Shown here piece by piece: positions 28,840-40,209 of a stretch of 58,677 nucleotides of DNA; positions within the stretch are counted from its first letter, which is position 1, and every line of letters begins with the position of its first letter. A model generated the notes under the pieces. The model worked only from the letters and a program-made list of their open reading frames with translations, had not been told where the DNA came from and did not search any database. Origin of the DNA: an uncultured Bacillota bacterium (GTDB taxonomy: Bacteria > Bacillota > Clostridia > Caldicoprobacterales > UBA3941); NCBI GenBank assembly GCA_938003915.1, contig CALKWV010000050.1, positions 1 to 58,677 on the forward strand, in the 5' to 3' direction. Made by a program: the position numbers and the translations under genes.

Positions 28840-30618
28840 ATTTATTATAGTGATATTTTTCAGCTTTGGGAGGCTAAAAATATCTAAAAGCTTATTCCTA
28901 ATGCTGTCAACTCTTTGCATGGAACCTAGCCAATCATGGGTTTTATCCAAATTGTCTTTATTTAGGAATAGCAATCTTTCTGTTTTTAAATTATCTTGCC
29001 CATATACTTCTGGAATTTGTTCTATAATGTCATTAGCTCTGTTAATAGGGATACTATAGGCTAAAAACTTATCCCACATATCTAGTTGGGGTTTTTGTAA
29101 ATCAGATTGCAAGGGATTTTTTAAATAATTTCTAAATCCATTCCACAAGGCATTATTAATGGCTCCAAATTTTGTACGCTTACAAATAAATTGGGAATAT
29201 ATAGCAAGCAATAAGGCTAATCCAATGACTGACAAAGCTCTTATCATTTCTCCCATAGCATATAGTACAACACCTGGGATTACAGCTATAAGCCCAAACA
29301 CTAAACCATATAATTTTGCCTTTTTGACATTTTCAAAGAAGTTCCATCTTTCAGCTTGTTCTATGACTAACTTCTTCCACGTATTGTACTTATATTTGTA
29401 GCGTTGTCTATTGCTTGGGTCTTGTACCCATGCTTCAAAATCCTTTGTAGATATATTGGAAGAACCATGACCTAAATCCTCGAAAAGCCATACCAATAAA
29501 TATTTCTCATGATCTTTCAAGTCCTTTGTTTCTACATCTGGATTTTGAGAGAGAAGAAAGCCTCCTCCTTCCTCTGGTACCGCCTTTATATAAGTTCTAT
29601 TTACTAAATCAATCAAGGTAGCAATAATATAATCCTCTCTTACTCGCCCTTTATTCATTAGCACTCCTAATTCAGCAGGAGTATAGTAATTGGCTGGTAA
29701 TTGGTTTACATGTTTTTTATCAATGCCTGTTGCTGGATCTTTATCATATTTTATGAAAATATAAACAAAAGCAATAGCAATAAGTACCCATGTAACTATG
29801 GAGAGCAACCTAATAATCAATTGACGTCTTTCATAGGCCTCACGAGCTTGTCCAATTATTTCCTCATATTCTTGCATATCCGCTAAAACTTTATCGGCAA
29901 TCTCATTTTCTATTATTTTCCTTCCTTCGGGAACCATGGAAGTTGGTAACAGCATAACTAATCTTAAATCCCCGTCTTCTAACATTAAGCTAGCATCATA
30001 TTTAACAGTATTGCCTTCTTTAAATTGTTGACTATAAAGGGCTCCTTGTAAAAAAGATTGTGTAAGTTCCACATCTCCCCCTTTGGGAATGTGAACACTT
30101 ATAGAAATCTCTCCCAAGCATCGGCCATCCTCTTGGTTAATAAATGACCAATCTAGCAATGCCATATCTTTATATATTCCTACTAAATCGTACAAAGTAT
30201 ATTTATATACTAAAGTTTTCTGATTTTCTTCCTTATCTATTGATACCTCTATTCCATTAACAATACCATATTCCTCATCATAAATAAGCTTATAAGTATC
30301 TGACTTAATCTGCTCTAATTTAGATTTTTTAATATCTTCCTCATCAACTTCTGCAACATAATATACGCTAAAATTATCTATTGAAGACGCAGCAAAAGCA
30401 TCTATATTTTTCCTTATAGTGCCTGAAAAATTTTTGTTGAAGTTATATGTAATATATTCCTCAATTGATACTGAACCATCGGGATTGACATGGGCTGATG
30501 CAGTATAAGCATGTATATCCAATGAAATAGGCATGTCCTCATTAGCCAGAGATTTAGATATTCCCAGAGAAGTTATTAATAAAATAAAGGATAACGCAAA
30601 TATAATAGCTTTTTTCAA
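28828..30618 (-). CDS. DUF2207 domain-containing membrane protein
   Basis: Signal peptide, an extracytoplasmic domain of about 250 aa, TM helices and a cytoplasmic region, which is the DUF2207 architecture. TTG start. Confidence 0.7.
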   Translation of the reverse strand: MKKAIIFALSFILLITSLGISKSLANEDMPISLDIHAYTASAHVNPDGSVSIEEYITYNFNKNFSGTIRKNIDAFAASSIDNFSVYYVAEVDEEDIKKSKLEQIKSDTYKLIYDEEYGIVNGIEVSIDKEENQKTLVYKYTLYDLVGIYKDMALLDWSFINQEDGRCLGEISISVHIPKGGDVELTQSFLQGALYSQQFKEGNTVKYDASLMLEDGDLRLVMLLPTSMVPEGRKIIENEIADKVLADMQEYEEIIGQAREAYERRQLIIRLLSIVTWVLIAIAFVYIFIKYDKDPATGIDKKHVNQLPANYYTPAELGVLMNKGRVREDYIIATLIDLVNRTYIKAVPEEGGGFLLSQNPDVETKDLKDHEKYLLVWLFEDLGHGSSNISTKDFEAWVQDPSNRQRYKYKYNTWKKLVIEQAERWNFFENVKKAKLYGLVFGLIAVIPGVVLYAMGEMIRALSVIGLALLLAIYSQFICKRTKFGAINNALWNGFRNYLKNPLQSDLQKPQLDMWDKFLAYSIPINRANDIIEQIPEVYGQDNLKTERLLFLNKDNLDKTHDWLGSMQRVDSIRNKLLDIFSLPKLKNITIINKKG

Positions 30619-30768
30619 ATCTCCCCACCCCTTTTCATAGTTATTATTCTACCACGAAATTAAATTCATCTCCACACTTTTATAAAAAATTAATATCATA
30701 TTATCCATGGAACGTAATATATGCTATTATTAGATTAATTGAAAGATGTTCCAGGAGTGATAGGTGGA

Positions 30769-32943
30769 ATGAAATTATTGAAAAAACCATATATATACTT
30801 AATCTTTGTTCTAGTCCTTGTAGTCTTTGTAACTTTATTTTTCATAATAAAAAATCCAGCAGCAAAGACCCTTGACCAGTTTTTAAGCAATATCAATGAT
30901 TCATCTAAAATATCTTTGCAAAATTTTGTTTCAGCAGAAATTCTAGATGATCCCTTCATTACTAGCCTGATGAATCAAAATATAATAAAGAAACACAGAA
31001 TAATCAAAACCCAAAGGACTAGACAAAACAATGTACGAATCAAAGCTTCCCTAACCACCGATCTGGGTTCTTTTGATGCATGGTTTAGCTTATCAAAATT
31101 ATCTAATAGATGGCTTGTAACTGGTTTTCCCAAGGTTACCAATATTGAAGCTGCCGTCCCCTTAGCTGCAGATGAAAAAGGAAATGGACATATAGAATAT
31201 CAGATGGATGTGAGTGGAACCCATCTATATTGTCTTTTTCCCTCTCATAAAAGTGGCATCCACATTGGTTTACCTGTTTCCCTTGTATTAATAGAAGACT
31301 ATATCGTTTTGTATGAACACATGATACCCCTTCATCTAAATAGGATAATGTCAGCATCAGACAAGCATATTGAAGATTCTAAGCTAGGATATATACCCAT
31401 TGAATCGTCATTAAATATATATGAGATTACCGATGATATACCGGTTTATCAGCAAAATTCCATTTTGCCTATAGGAGTTAAGGATGTTACCTTGTATCAT
31501 TCATCCTCGCCAAAGAATAAGACCCTAGTAGCATATGTTAACCTAAGAAAAATGCCAACTGATATTATTCGTGTTGTTTTAAAGGATACACAGTTTCAAA
31601 ATCTTGTGCATTCAGAGGTAAGATTATCCTCTGCTAATGGCCTAACTATAAAGAATATTGTTGATGATATAGAGCTTAACATAGAACAGAATCAAGAGAT
31701 TGTGTTTAAACAAAATAATGAAAAGGATATTCAGCTATATAATAACGATAATTTAATTGCCTCATCTCCAAATCGCTGGTATATTTCTCCTAAAAATGGA
31801 GGTAAAATAATCATTAATAGTATTATCCGTTCACAAGCTCAAGGATTATCAGGAACACCCTATAGAGGAGATATAGAAATATCCAGTAATGGCAATGGAT
31901 TAATAATAGTTAACGAAGTGAATTTGGAAGAATATCTCTATTCTGTTGTCCCTAGTGAAATGCCTATAAAATTTGGACTTGAAAGTCTTAAGGTTCAGGC
32001 TATTGCTGCCCGCTCCTATGCTGTTAGAAGTCTAAAATCCAGAGGTTATGCCAGTCTAGGCGCACATGTAGACGACAGCACCTCCAGTCAAATGTACAAT
32101 AATATCCAAGAACAGCCTATTGCCATTGAGGCCGTTGACGAAACACGGGGGCTAGTACCTGTATTTGAAGGCGAAATTATAGATGCTCGCTTTTTTTCTA
32201 CTTCCTGTGGCTACACTGCTAATTTCCATGAAACCTGGAGTGTAGACCATGTTTTTCCAAGCCGGGAAATTCCCTACTTAACTGCGCGTCCCCAATTCGA
32301 AGGAGATGCACCCAGCCTTTACAACGAAGAGAATTTTAGAGCTTTTATAAATCAGAAAAATCTACAAGGCTATGACCGATATTCTCCATTCTTTCGCTGG
32401 ACTTTCACAATGAAGCGGGAGCAGTTAGAAGCTGTCTTGCAAGAAAATCTTGCTATACTTCAAAAAAATCAACCTTCATTTATCCTTACACGGGACAATG
32501 AAGGCTCATTTAGTCAGCAGCCAATCCCAGAAAACATAGGTCAACTACAAAATATAGTACCTATTAAAAGAGGCCAAGGCGGCAATATTATGGAATTAGA
32601 AATCACTACTACTAGCGGAGTCTACAGGATTATAAAAGAGCTCAACATTAGACAGCTTTTAAAGCCTGTTAACCTTATTCCAGATGAAAAACCTATTGAA
32701 ATACATCGCCATGATAACAGTATAGTTACTGACTTCCCTATACTGCCTAGTTCTTTTTTCTACGTTGATATAAGCCGGGACAAAAATGGCAATCTCTCTA
32801 GCATTACATTTACCGGTGGCGGATATGGGCATGGGGTTGGAATGAGCCAATACGGTGTCTATGGTCTTTCTCTCTTGGGAAAATCTTATGTTGAAATCAT
32901 TGAACATTTTTATCCAGGAAGCAAGCTTGAAAGCCTATACTAG
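30769..32943 (+). CDS. SpoIID/LytB domain-containing protein with N-terminal TM anchor
   Basis: The C-terminal half carries SpoIID motifs (LEEYLYSVVPSEMP, AIAARSYA, DDSTSSQMY, FFSTSCGYT, GGGYGHGVGMSQYG). An alternative TTG start lies at 30739. Confidence 0.8.
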   Translation: MKLLKKPYIYLIFVLVLVVFVTLFFIIKNPAAKTLDQFLSNINDSSKISLQNFVSAEILDDPFITSLMNQNIIKKHRIIKTQRTRQNNVRIKASLTTDLGSFDAWFSLSKLSNRWLVTGFPKVTNIEAAVPLAADEKGNGHIEYQMDVSGTHLYCLFPSHKSGIHIGLPVSLVLIEDYIVLYEHMIPLHLNRIMSASDKHIEDSKLGYIPIESSLNIYEITDDIPVYQQNSILPIGVKDVTLYHSSSPKNKTLVAYVNLRKMPTDIIRVVLKDTQFQNLVHSEVRLSSANGLTIKNIVDDIELNIEQNQEIVFKQNNEKDIQLYNNDNLIASSPNRWYISPKNGGKIIINSIIRSQAQGLSGTPYRGDIEISSNGNGLIIVNEVNLEEYLYSVVPSEMPIKFGLESLKVQAIAARSYAVRSLKSRGYASLGAHVDDSTSSQMYNNIQEQPIAIEAVDETRGLVPVFEGEIIDARFFSTSCGYTANFHETWSVDHVFPSREIPYLTARPQFEGDAPSLYNEENFRAFINQKNLQGYDRYSPFFRWTFTMKREQLEAVLQENLAILQKNQPSFILTRDNEGSFSQQPIPENIGQLQNIVPIKRGQGGNIMELEITTTSGVYRIIKELNIRQLLKPVNLIPDEKPIEIHRHDNSIVTDFPILPSSFFYVDISRDKNGNLSSITFTGGGYGHGVGMSQYGVYGLSLLGKSYVEIIEHFYPGSKLESLY

Positions 32944-34275
32944 GAATTCCCTAGCCTTATTAATCAAAGTTTCTCTGGTATTTTCTATTTCTTCGTTGAT
33001 TACCATCTCCAGTAGCTTGTTGAGAATAACCCCTATTTCTTTTCCTGGGGGAATTCCTAACTCAATAAGGTCATTACCATCAATAGCTAGATCCCTTAAA
33101 CTGGTACAAGGATTCTCCGCTAAAACAGCATCCAATTTTTCTTCAATAGCGTCTAACTTGTCCAACTTTTCCTTAAAATATAAAGGATTTTTTGCCAAAG
33201 CATCGGCCCTCTTTACCTTTAACAACCTTCTAAATTGCTTTTCTCCAACTTCCCTAAGCAGCCTTTTGATGCTTTTGGAGCTTAAAGCAATTTGTCTGTT
33301 GTGATACTTAATTAACTGTACAATATCATTTATATCTTTATTTGAGAATCTCATCCTCTTTAATATTTTTTTGGCCATATGAGCAGATACTTCAGCGTGA
33401 CCATAAAAGTGACCTATGCTATTTTCATCTAATGTAAAGCTTTTAGGTTTGCCAATATCATGAAAAAACATGGTAGTCCTTAAAATAATATCTTTATCAA
33501 TTAATTCCACTGCTTTTAAGGTATGCTTATATACATCATATATATGATAAGGGTTATGTTGCTTAAATCCTACCATATCCTTAACTTCAGGTATTAAAAA
33601 AATAATAATTTCTTTAAATTCCAGAAGAATATCATAAACTTTTTCTCCAAGCAAAGTCTTACAAAATTCAACGGTAATGCGCTCTTGGGATATATTTTTC
33701 AATAAGTGCATACATTTAAACATGGCCTTTTTTGTTTCCTTTTCAACTTGGAAGTCCAAAACCGATGCAAACCGAATTCCCCTAAGTATTCTTAGGGCAT
33801 CTTCGCTGAAACGCTCAACTGGATTACCTACGCATCGTATTAAGCCCTTTTTTAAATCTTCTTGTCCCCCAAAGGGATCCACTACATGTCCATCTGTGGC
33901 AGCACAAGCATTAATTGTAAAATCCCTACGCTTTAAATCCTCAACAATATTTTTAGTAAAATATACTTTATCAGGCCTGCGCCCATCGGAATACTTATCA
34001 TCTATCCTATAGGTAGTAATCTCAATTAATTCCTTATCTATAAGGATGGCTACAGTGCCATGCTTGAGACCGGTATCTATCTGGTGATAATCTCTAAACA
34101 CCTTCTTTATTTCCTCTGGCGTAGCAGAGGTAGCAATATCCCAATCATCAGGTTCTTTCCCAAGTAGGGAATCTCGAACACAGCCACCCACAACATAGGC
34201 TTCATACCCGGATTGATGGAGTTTGTCTAAAGCTAATTTGATTTTATTAGGAATATCAATATTTATTGTGCTCAT
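32935..34275 (-). CDS. cca: CCA-adding tRNA nucleotidyltransferase with HD domain
   Basis: Pol-beta NTase motif VVGGCVRDSLLGK..DWD, plus HD (FFHDIGKP). ATG lies 7 nt after GAGGTG. Confidence 0.85.
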   Translation of the reverse strand: MSTINIDIPNKIKLALDKLHQSGYEAYVVGGCVRDSLLGKEPDDWDIATSATPEEIKKVFRDYHQIDTGLKHGTVAILIDKELIEITTYRIDDKYSDGRRPDKVYFTKNIVEDLKRRDFTINACAATDGHVVDPFGGQEDLKKGLIRCVGNPVERFSEDALRILRGIRFASVLDFQVEKETKKAMFKCMHLLKNISQERITVEFCKTLLGEKVYDILLEFKEIIIFLIPEVKDMVGFKQHNPYHIYDVYKHTLKAVELIDKDIILRTTMFFHDIGKPKSFTLDENSIGHFYGHAEVSAHMAKKILKRMRFSNKDINDIVQLIKYHNRQIALSSKSIKRLLREVGEKQFRRLLKVKRADALAKNPLYFKEKLDKLDAIEEKLDAVLAENPCTSLRDLAIDGNDLIELGIPPGKEIGVILNKLLEMVINEEIENTRETLINKAREFLV

Positions 34276-34340
34276 CTTTTGCACCTCATGGACAAATACA
34301 TATTTTCTCTTTGTATTACAAAAGGTCTAACTAATGCATC

Positions 34341-35390
34341 TTAGTTTTTTAGTTTTCTTGTATAAAAAAATACCCCTATTATGAAAATAACACCTATTAA
34401 TCCGACTATAGGATAAAGGGTATTTACTATTGAAGAAAATCCAAGAAAAGAAAGTAAGGATGCAGCACATATTATTAATGTAGCCGTAAATAAATGATTC
34501 ATACCAAATCTATCATGAAAAAAGGAGGTCATAGAGAATAAATTTCCTACTAGGGTTGTAAAAATAGCCCCCCATACAACTAAAGAATAAAAAATTGACA
34601 AAAACCGAGATTTATCAGAAATAATATAAAGAGCCGGAATTTCATAATCAAAAATATAAGGTATGTGTGCTAGCAAACAATAATGACTAGTAATTAGCAT
34701 AGCTGCCAGAATACTTCCGCCTAGTACTCCGCCAAGTATCAATAAATCTCTATCCTTAAATTTCTTCCCCAGACTTGCCAGTACTCCAGTGCTAAGAATT
34801 ATATTAAAGGACGCATAGGATATTCCTTGCTTGATAAGATGAACAGTGCTAGCTTCTACAAAACTAATTTCACCTTCAAATGAACTTTTTGTAGACAAGG
34901 TGATGAAAATTATTATTATCTGAAATGACAAAATAGCAGGTACTAGTATTTTATTTATAGACAAAATTCCACTAATACCTAGTCCTATGGTAACTATGGC
35001 TGCCAATGCAGTTATGGTAACACCGACTAAATATGATGTGTTACCAAATTCTTGAAACATAGCTCCTGCCCCAGCCAGCATAGCTATATTTATAACCATC
35101 ATGGCAAATAAGAGGTATATATTGATAATTGGAGAGAGAAGTCCAAACATGGTATCTATTAATTTACCAAAGGAGGAGGCCTTAAGCTCCATCCCCAAAA
35201 GGAGAATGCCAGTTCCAATAAAAGCAAAAAGAAAGGATGATATCAAAATCGCCCATAGAGCCTTATGCCCGTATATGGTGAAAAAACTCATAACTTCCTG
35301 TCCTGACGCAAATCCTGCCCCTACAACTGTACCTACATAAGCAAAAGCTATTCCAGATGCTGTACCTAGTCTTTTTCCTTTATTCATCAA
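34341..35390 (-). CDS. YkvI family membrane protein (putative transporter)
   Basis: N-terminus …AFAYVGTVVGAGFASGQEVMSFF is typical of YkvI. About 10 TM helices. Confidence 0.7.
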   Translation of the reverse strand: MMNKGKRLGTASGIAFAYVGTVVGAGFASGQEVMSFFTIYGHKALWAILISSFLFAFIGTGILLLGMELKASSFGKLIDTMFGLLSPIINIYLLFAMMVINIAMLAGAGAMFQEFGNTSYLVGVTITALAAIVTIGLGISGILSINKILVPAILSFQIIIIFITLSTKSSFEGEISFVEASTVHLIKQGISYASFNIILSTGVLASLGKKFKDRDLLILGGVLGGSILAAMLITSHYCLLAHIPYIFDYEIPALYIISDKSRFLSIFYSLVVWGAIFTTLVGNLFSMTSFFHDRFGMNHLFTATLIICAASLLSFLGFSSIVNTLYPIVGLIGVIFIIGVFFYTRKLKN

Positions 35391-35479
35391 TATTCACTCT
35401 CCCTCAATAGCGGCTATAATAGTAATTCTTAGGTCTAATGACTATATATTTAACAGGGAGAGTAAATATGAATGAATCT

Positions 35480-35680
35480 TTACTTATCTTGACAATCCGA
35501 ATCTTTTAGCAGCCTTATGGTACTAAAAGGATCAAAGGAAATATTAAACTGAAGAACATCTCCTACTCGACAACCTTTTGGCAAGTATTCAATAGGAATC
35601 ATAATATTTTCATTACCGTGTTGAGGACAGACAATTCCCTTATTATTCTTAAAACCCTTTAATACAGCGCTCCACTTCAT
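35480..35680 (-). CDS. Small hypothetical protein (possibly DUF3006-like)
   Basis: 66 aa with a strong SD, AAGGAGGGGG. The family call is tentative. Confidence 0.4.
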   Translation of the reverse strand: MKWSAVLKGFKNNKGIVCPQHGNENIMIPIEYLPKGCRVGDVLQFNISFDPFSTIRLLKDSDCQDK

Positions 35681-35711
35681 ACCCTAACCCCCTCCTTAAC
35701 TGGTTAACAAA

Positions 35712-37427
35712 TCAAATACTATCTAATACCTTCTTTATCTTATTGAGGTTATTATAAAGAGCCGAATAAGTAATATCATAGTAATCCGCAATATCTTTCT
35801 TTTTAATATATATGTCCTGATCCATACAATAATATAACTCTAGTGCTGCAGCCCAAGCCTCATATTTTTTAATCTTAGGCAAATCGTTAGGATATAGAGC
35901 TTTAACAAATTTAGTCCATATCTTTTCTATAATTTCTTCATATCCTTGCTGGTATCTGCCCTCCATTTTATAAGTTGCAATATTAAGCACCATTTCCATT
36001 TCCAAGGGCATTTCAAAAGAATCATCGTCTATAAGATCTACTTTTACCTCTAAAATATCATCATCCACATAGGCTAAATAGGGCTCCTCGGCAGCCATCT
36101 GTTTTAGTAAACCCAAAGCTTCGGTTTTTAACTCTTCGCTCTCATTTACCATTAATAAAAATTCCCGGAGAAACTCCTCCGCTTTACTGTCATTGAAAGA
36201 TGCTACTACATTTATTATAGCTTTCTTTATTAAATCATCATTCAGCCCTAATCCCCATCTTAACAAATTAATAAGATTATCATCATTTCTCCATCTTATA
36301 AGTAGCTCTCTTTCATCCAACTTAAGAATATTATTTAATTCCTTAATCCTACGCAGGATTTCATCATAGGGAACTTGGAAATGATAAAATATTTCCCTAC
36401 TGCTGTCCTTATTAGCCGCATATTCCTGGGCTAAGCGAATATAGTAATCACTTATAGCATTGTCTGGATCAATTTTGCTTATCTTGGTCCAATGCTTAAT
36501 AGCTTCTTTGTATTCTCTAAGATTAAAATGGGATACGGCTACATAGTGAAGAACTCGAATATCATATGGCTTATATTGCAACAATTGTTTTAGCACACGA
36601 TTGGCCAGTCTATGCTCTTTCAACTCACATAATGTTACGGCTATTTTATGGAGTTCCTCTGGATCCTGTGTCTTGAAGTTAACAATTTTATCCAGGTATT
36701 TCTTGCTGCTCTCTGAGCCATCCCTTTCATTTATAAAAAGACATATATTACAGTTTGCATGGATGTTTTGAGGATCCATAGCCAAAACTTCCAAGCTTGT
36801 TTCAATAGCCTTATTAATCTTTCCATCGCAAAAGTAGGCTAGGGATAAATTATTCTTGACAAAAGTAAGGGTAGGGTTTAGCTTAACTACTTTTTCAAGT
36901 TTACTAATTGCTTTCCTATACTCACCACGATCTAAAAGATACTTACCTTCAGCCGCCAAGTCGTATATACTTTCCGCATCTGAATCAAAAATATTATAAC
37001 TATCTTCGTAATATTCATATTCTTCTAGCACATCTAATAAATCCCTTGCCTCCTCAGAGTATACGCCATTAGGATCTATATCTAAATACTTTTCAAAGCA
37101 TTCAATTGCTCTATCATAATCTTGCATGCCCAAAAAATTACATCCTAAACCAAAATAACAATCAACTCTATCTTTCTCTTTTTGAAGGATGCTAAATAAA
37201 ATCCTGCTGGATTGGTCAAAACAGCCCATTTCTGTAAAAACTTCAGCCAATTCCAATAAATACTCTATATTATGAGGCTCCTTCTCAATTGCTTTTCTAT
37301 AAAGATTGACAGCACCAAGATAATTATTGTTATTTATGTGTTTTTTTGCTTTTCTATAATAAAATTGACCAGACTGGTCAAAAGGAATAACTTTTCTTTG
37401 TTTTCTAGCAAAAAGTTCTTTAGCCAT
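35712..37427 (-). CDS. Tetratricopeptide repeat protein
   Basis: Multiple 34-aa TPR-like units (…A…Y.KAIE.DP.N…). The second ATG is preferred because AGGAG abuts the first. Confidence 0.7.
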   Translation of the reverse strand: MAKELFARKQRKVIPFDQSGQFYYRKAKKHINNNNYLGAVNLYRKAIEKEPHNIEYLLELAEVFTEMGCFDQSSRILFSILQKEKDRVDCYFGLGCNFLGMQDYDRAIECFEKYLDIDPNGVYSEEARDLLDVLEEYEYYEDSYNIFDSDAESIYDLAAEGKYLLDRGEYRKAISKLEKVVKLNPTLTFVKNNLSLAYFCDGKINKAIETSLEVLAMDPQNIHANCNICLFINERDGSESSKKYLDKIVNFKTQDPEELHKIAVTLCELKEHRLANRVLKQLLQYKPYDIRVLHYVAVSHFNLREYKEAIKHWTKISKIDPDNAISDYYIRLAQEYAANKDSSREIFYHFQVPYDEILRRIKELNNILKLDERELLIRWRNDDNLINLLRWGLGLNDDLIKKAIINVVASFNDSKAEEFLREFLLMVNESEELKTEALGLLKQMAAEEPYLAYVDDDILEVKVDLIDDDSFEMPLEMEMVLNIATYKMEGRYQQGYEEIIEKIWTKFVKALYPNDLPKIKKYEAWAAALELYYCMDQDIYIKKKDIADYYDITYSALYNNLNKIKKVLDSI

Positions 37428-37502
37428 TTTCATCTCCTGACAATTAAATATAATGAATATATTATAGCATAAATTTTAGCAAGGCTCTACAATCAAAGAT
37501 AA

Positions 37503-38381
37503 TTAAGCATTCTTGATTAGTCTCTTTATATCTTCCTCGTCAAAATTATATACAGTATTACAATAATGGCATACTAATTCTGCCTTTCCATCTTCCTCTA
37601 ATATAGCCTCTAATTCTTCTCTTCCTAAAGTTAACAGTACTGATTCTAATCTTTCTCTATTGCAATCGCAGGAAAATTCAGGATATATAGTATCATTAAT
37701 CTTTAAATCCATAGAGCCCAAGATTTTGTCCAAAATCTCTTCGGGTGTCATACCCTGATCCACCATTGCAGATATGGCAGGAGCTTGGTATATTCTTCTT
37801 TCTATTTCATCTATCAGTTCGTCCGATGCACCAGGCAAAGGCTGAATAATAAAACCTCCCGCAGCCTTAACACTACCATCTGGATTTACCAATACTCCTA
37901 CTGCAACAGCAGAGGGCTGTTGTTCAGAGTATGCCATGTAATATGCTATATCTTCCCCTATTTCCCCTGTCACTAAATCAACCTGTCCGGCATAGGGCTC
38001 CTTCAAGCCCAAATCCTTAATCACAGTTAACTTACCTTGATTGCCTACAGCACCAGCCACATCCAATTTACCTAAAGAATTCAAGGGCAATTCCACATGG
38101 GGATTGTCAACATAAGCTTTAATCTGACCACTACTCTTGGCAACCACCACTATATTGCCTATGGGGCCATTGCCTTTTATTATTATGGATAAGGTGTCCT
38201 TCTTACCTTTCAAATCAATAGCCATCATAGCAGCTGCTGTCATAGTTCTTCCAAGAGCAGCTGATGCCACTGGATATAGTCCATGAGTTTTACGTGCAGT
38301 ATCCACTAAATTTGTAGTTGTAGCAGCAAAAGCTCTTATACTTCCATTTGCTGCAGTTGCTCTTATTATATAGTCCTTCAT
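37503..38381 (-). CDS. hslO: Hsp33 family redox-regulated chaperone
   Basis: Full-length Hsp33 with the C-terminal zinc centre CDC…CHYC. Confidence 0.9.
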   Translation of the reverse strand: MKDYIIRATAANGSIRAFAATTTNLVDTARKTHGLYPVASAALGRTMTAAAMMAIDLKGKKDTLSIIIKGNGPIGNIVVVAKSSGQIKAYVDNPHVELPLNSLGKLDVAGAVGNQGKLTVIKDLGLKEPYAGQVDLVTGEIGEDIAYYMAYSEQQPSAVAVGVLVNPDGSVKAAGGFIIQPLPGASDELIDEIERRIYQAPAISAMVDQGMTPEEILDKILGSMDLKINDTIYPEFSCDCNRERLESVLLTLGREELEAILEEDGKAELVCHYCNTVYNFDEEDIKRLIKNA

Positions 38382-38471
38382 TTTAATTACTCCTTACATC
38401 CCAAATTGTCATTTATAATTACATATACTTTCACAGCCTAACAGTTTTGTTTATCAACATCTTTTATATTA

Positions 38472-39206
38472 TTATTTTTGTGCCACAAACATTAAACGTT
38501 GGCTATGCTTTTTTGGTCCATCAAAGGTTAAATGATGGTAGCAGTTTATATTTATAAACTTATTTTCCTTCAGTTTATCAATAAGATCTTGAGCATGATG
38601 ACCCTTTTGTATATGGACCTCGTCAAATCTTCTATATAAGGAATTTTCCTCAACGAAAAAGGTTAAATCCATAGTACAGATGCTCTCTTCCTTGTCAAAA
38701 TTATTTTCCCATATAAGAAATATACCTTGGTCATCATCTATCATTATATTATCACCTAATATGGTAGAAAGCTTATAATAAGTGCTTATATCAAACAATA
38801 GCACTCCGCCAGGTCTTAGAATATTGTAAATAAGGTAGAATACCCTGTCAATATCCTCGTCGTCTATAATATAATTTATTCCATCACACATAATAAGAAC
38901 TGCATCTACTTGCTTATGAAGCTCAAGGTCCCTCATATCTTGGCAGACAAAAGGTATCTTCAAGCCTTTTTTCCTAGCCTTTTCTTGGGCAACCTGTAAC
39001 ATATCATGAGATCTATCAATTCCTATCATATTATAGCCACGGTCTGCCATTATTATTGTTATATTACCGGTACCGCATGCTAAATCCACTATATCTCTAG
39101 GCTTTATTTTATATAGAGAAAATATGCTTTCTATATAATCAGTCCACTTTAAATAATCCACGTCTCTCATCATTTTATCATATATATAGGCAAAATCTTG
39201 GTACAT
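38472..39206 (-). CDS. Class I SAM-dependent methyltransferase
   Basis: Motif I VDLACGTGN, followed by GIDRS and DAVLIMCD. Confidence 0.75.
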   Translation of the reverse strand: MYQDFAYIYDKMMRDVDYLKWTDYIESIFSLYKIKPRDIVDLACGTGNITIIMADRGYNMIGIDRSHDMLQVAQEKARKKGLKIPFVCQDMRDLELHKQVDAVLIMCDGINYIIDDEDIDRVFYLIYNILRPGGVLLFDISTYYKLSTILGDNIMIDDDQGIFLIWENNFDKEESICTMDLTFFVEENSLYRRFDEVHIQKGHHAQDLIDKLKENKFININCYHHLTFDGPKKHSQRLMFVAQK

Positions 39207-39253
39207 TTTCTTTGGCTCCTTTTTATAATCTTCTCATCAAAAAAGAGGCCCTT

Positions 39254-40102
39254 TTAAGGCGCCTCATTTGTTTTAGCTTCCTCATGCTCTTGGCTCTTCT
39301 TATTAAGATATTTATTAAATACCCAATTTGCAAAGGAGATAGTTATTAACATAGGAAAGGTTAACCCTATGAGGAAAAAGGGTATGATAAAGGGAAGACT
39401 AAAATGAAACACTACACCGAATAGTAAAAAGGCTAATAAAAATACTACAAAAGCCCTTGGTAATTCCGCTATTGTGAAAATCAGAGCATTTTTAAGTATC
39501 TGTCTTATCTTTAGCTCGTATGTTACCAGCATGGGGAATATAAACATATTCATCATGGCATATATGATGCCCATGACCAGAATCAAGTAACGCAGAACTA
39601 GATAAATGAGACTGCGCTGTGCATAAACAGTATAGAAAATAAGATTTACATAGAATATTATTAATGCCAATCCATTAATCAACATAATCAATATGCTTTC
39701 TTTCCAATTCTGCTTCCATGCATCCTTAAAGTCACTCCATACCCATGCATGCTCATCCCTGGCCCAATTCCTTATAACATAGCTGGTACCAGCAGTTGCT
39801 GGTCCTGCAATAATCATACAAGGCAATAATTGTATTAACATAGTTAGTACAAAGCCACGCAGGTTCTCTGCAGCTTGAAATACCTCCGGAGATTGGGCCA
39901 TAGCCATAAGATTGATGTAGATGACTATGAAGGCTGGAATCCAGAATATAGAGTAAAGTAAATTAAGTTGAATCAACTTCCAAAACCTAACTTGTAGTAC
40001 AATAAAAAATAACTTAATGGGCCCCTCTTGCACATCTTCTTTTTTTAGATCTGGTTTATTGGGATTGCCATAGTACATTCTATTGAAAAATCCACCAAAC
40101 AT
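39254..40102 (-). CDS. YesL/DUF624 family membrane protein
   Basis: The N-terminus and the 5-6 TM pattern resemble YesL proteins. Confidence 0.55.
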   Translation of the reverse strand: MFGGFFNRMYYGNPNKPDLKKEDVQEGPIKLFFIVLQVRFWKLIQLNLLYSIFWIPAFIVIYINLMAMAQSPEVFQAAENLRGFVLTMLIQLLPCMIIAGPATAGTSYVIRNWARDEHAWVWSDFKDAWKQNWKESILIMLINGLALIIFYVNLIFYTVYAQRSLIYLVLRYLILVMGIIYAMMNMFIFPMLVTYELKIRQILKNALIFTIAELPRAFVVFLLAFLLFGVVFHFSLPFIIPFFLIGLTFPMLITISFANWVFNKYLNKKSQEHEEAKTNEAP

Positions 40103-40209
40103 TTCAACAGTCCTTTCTCAGACAAAACTTTTGTCTTTCCTTTGTATACACCATATTTTAACAAAAACCAAATAAAAAATCAAAATAGTAATATTAATTC
40201 TATACTTGT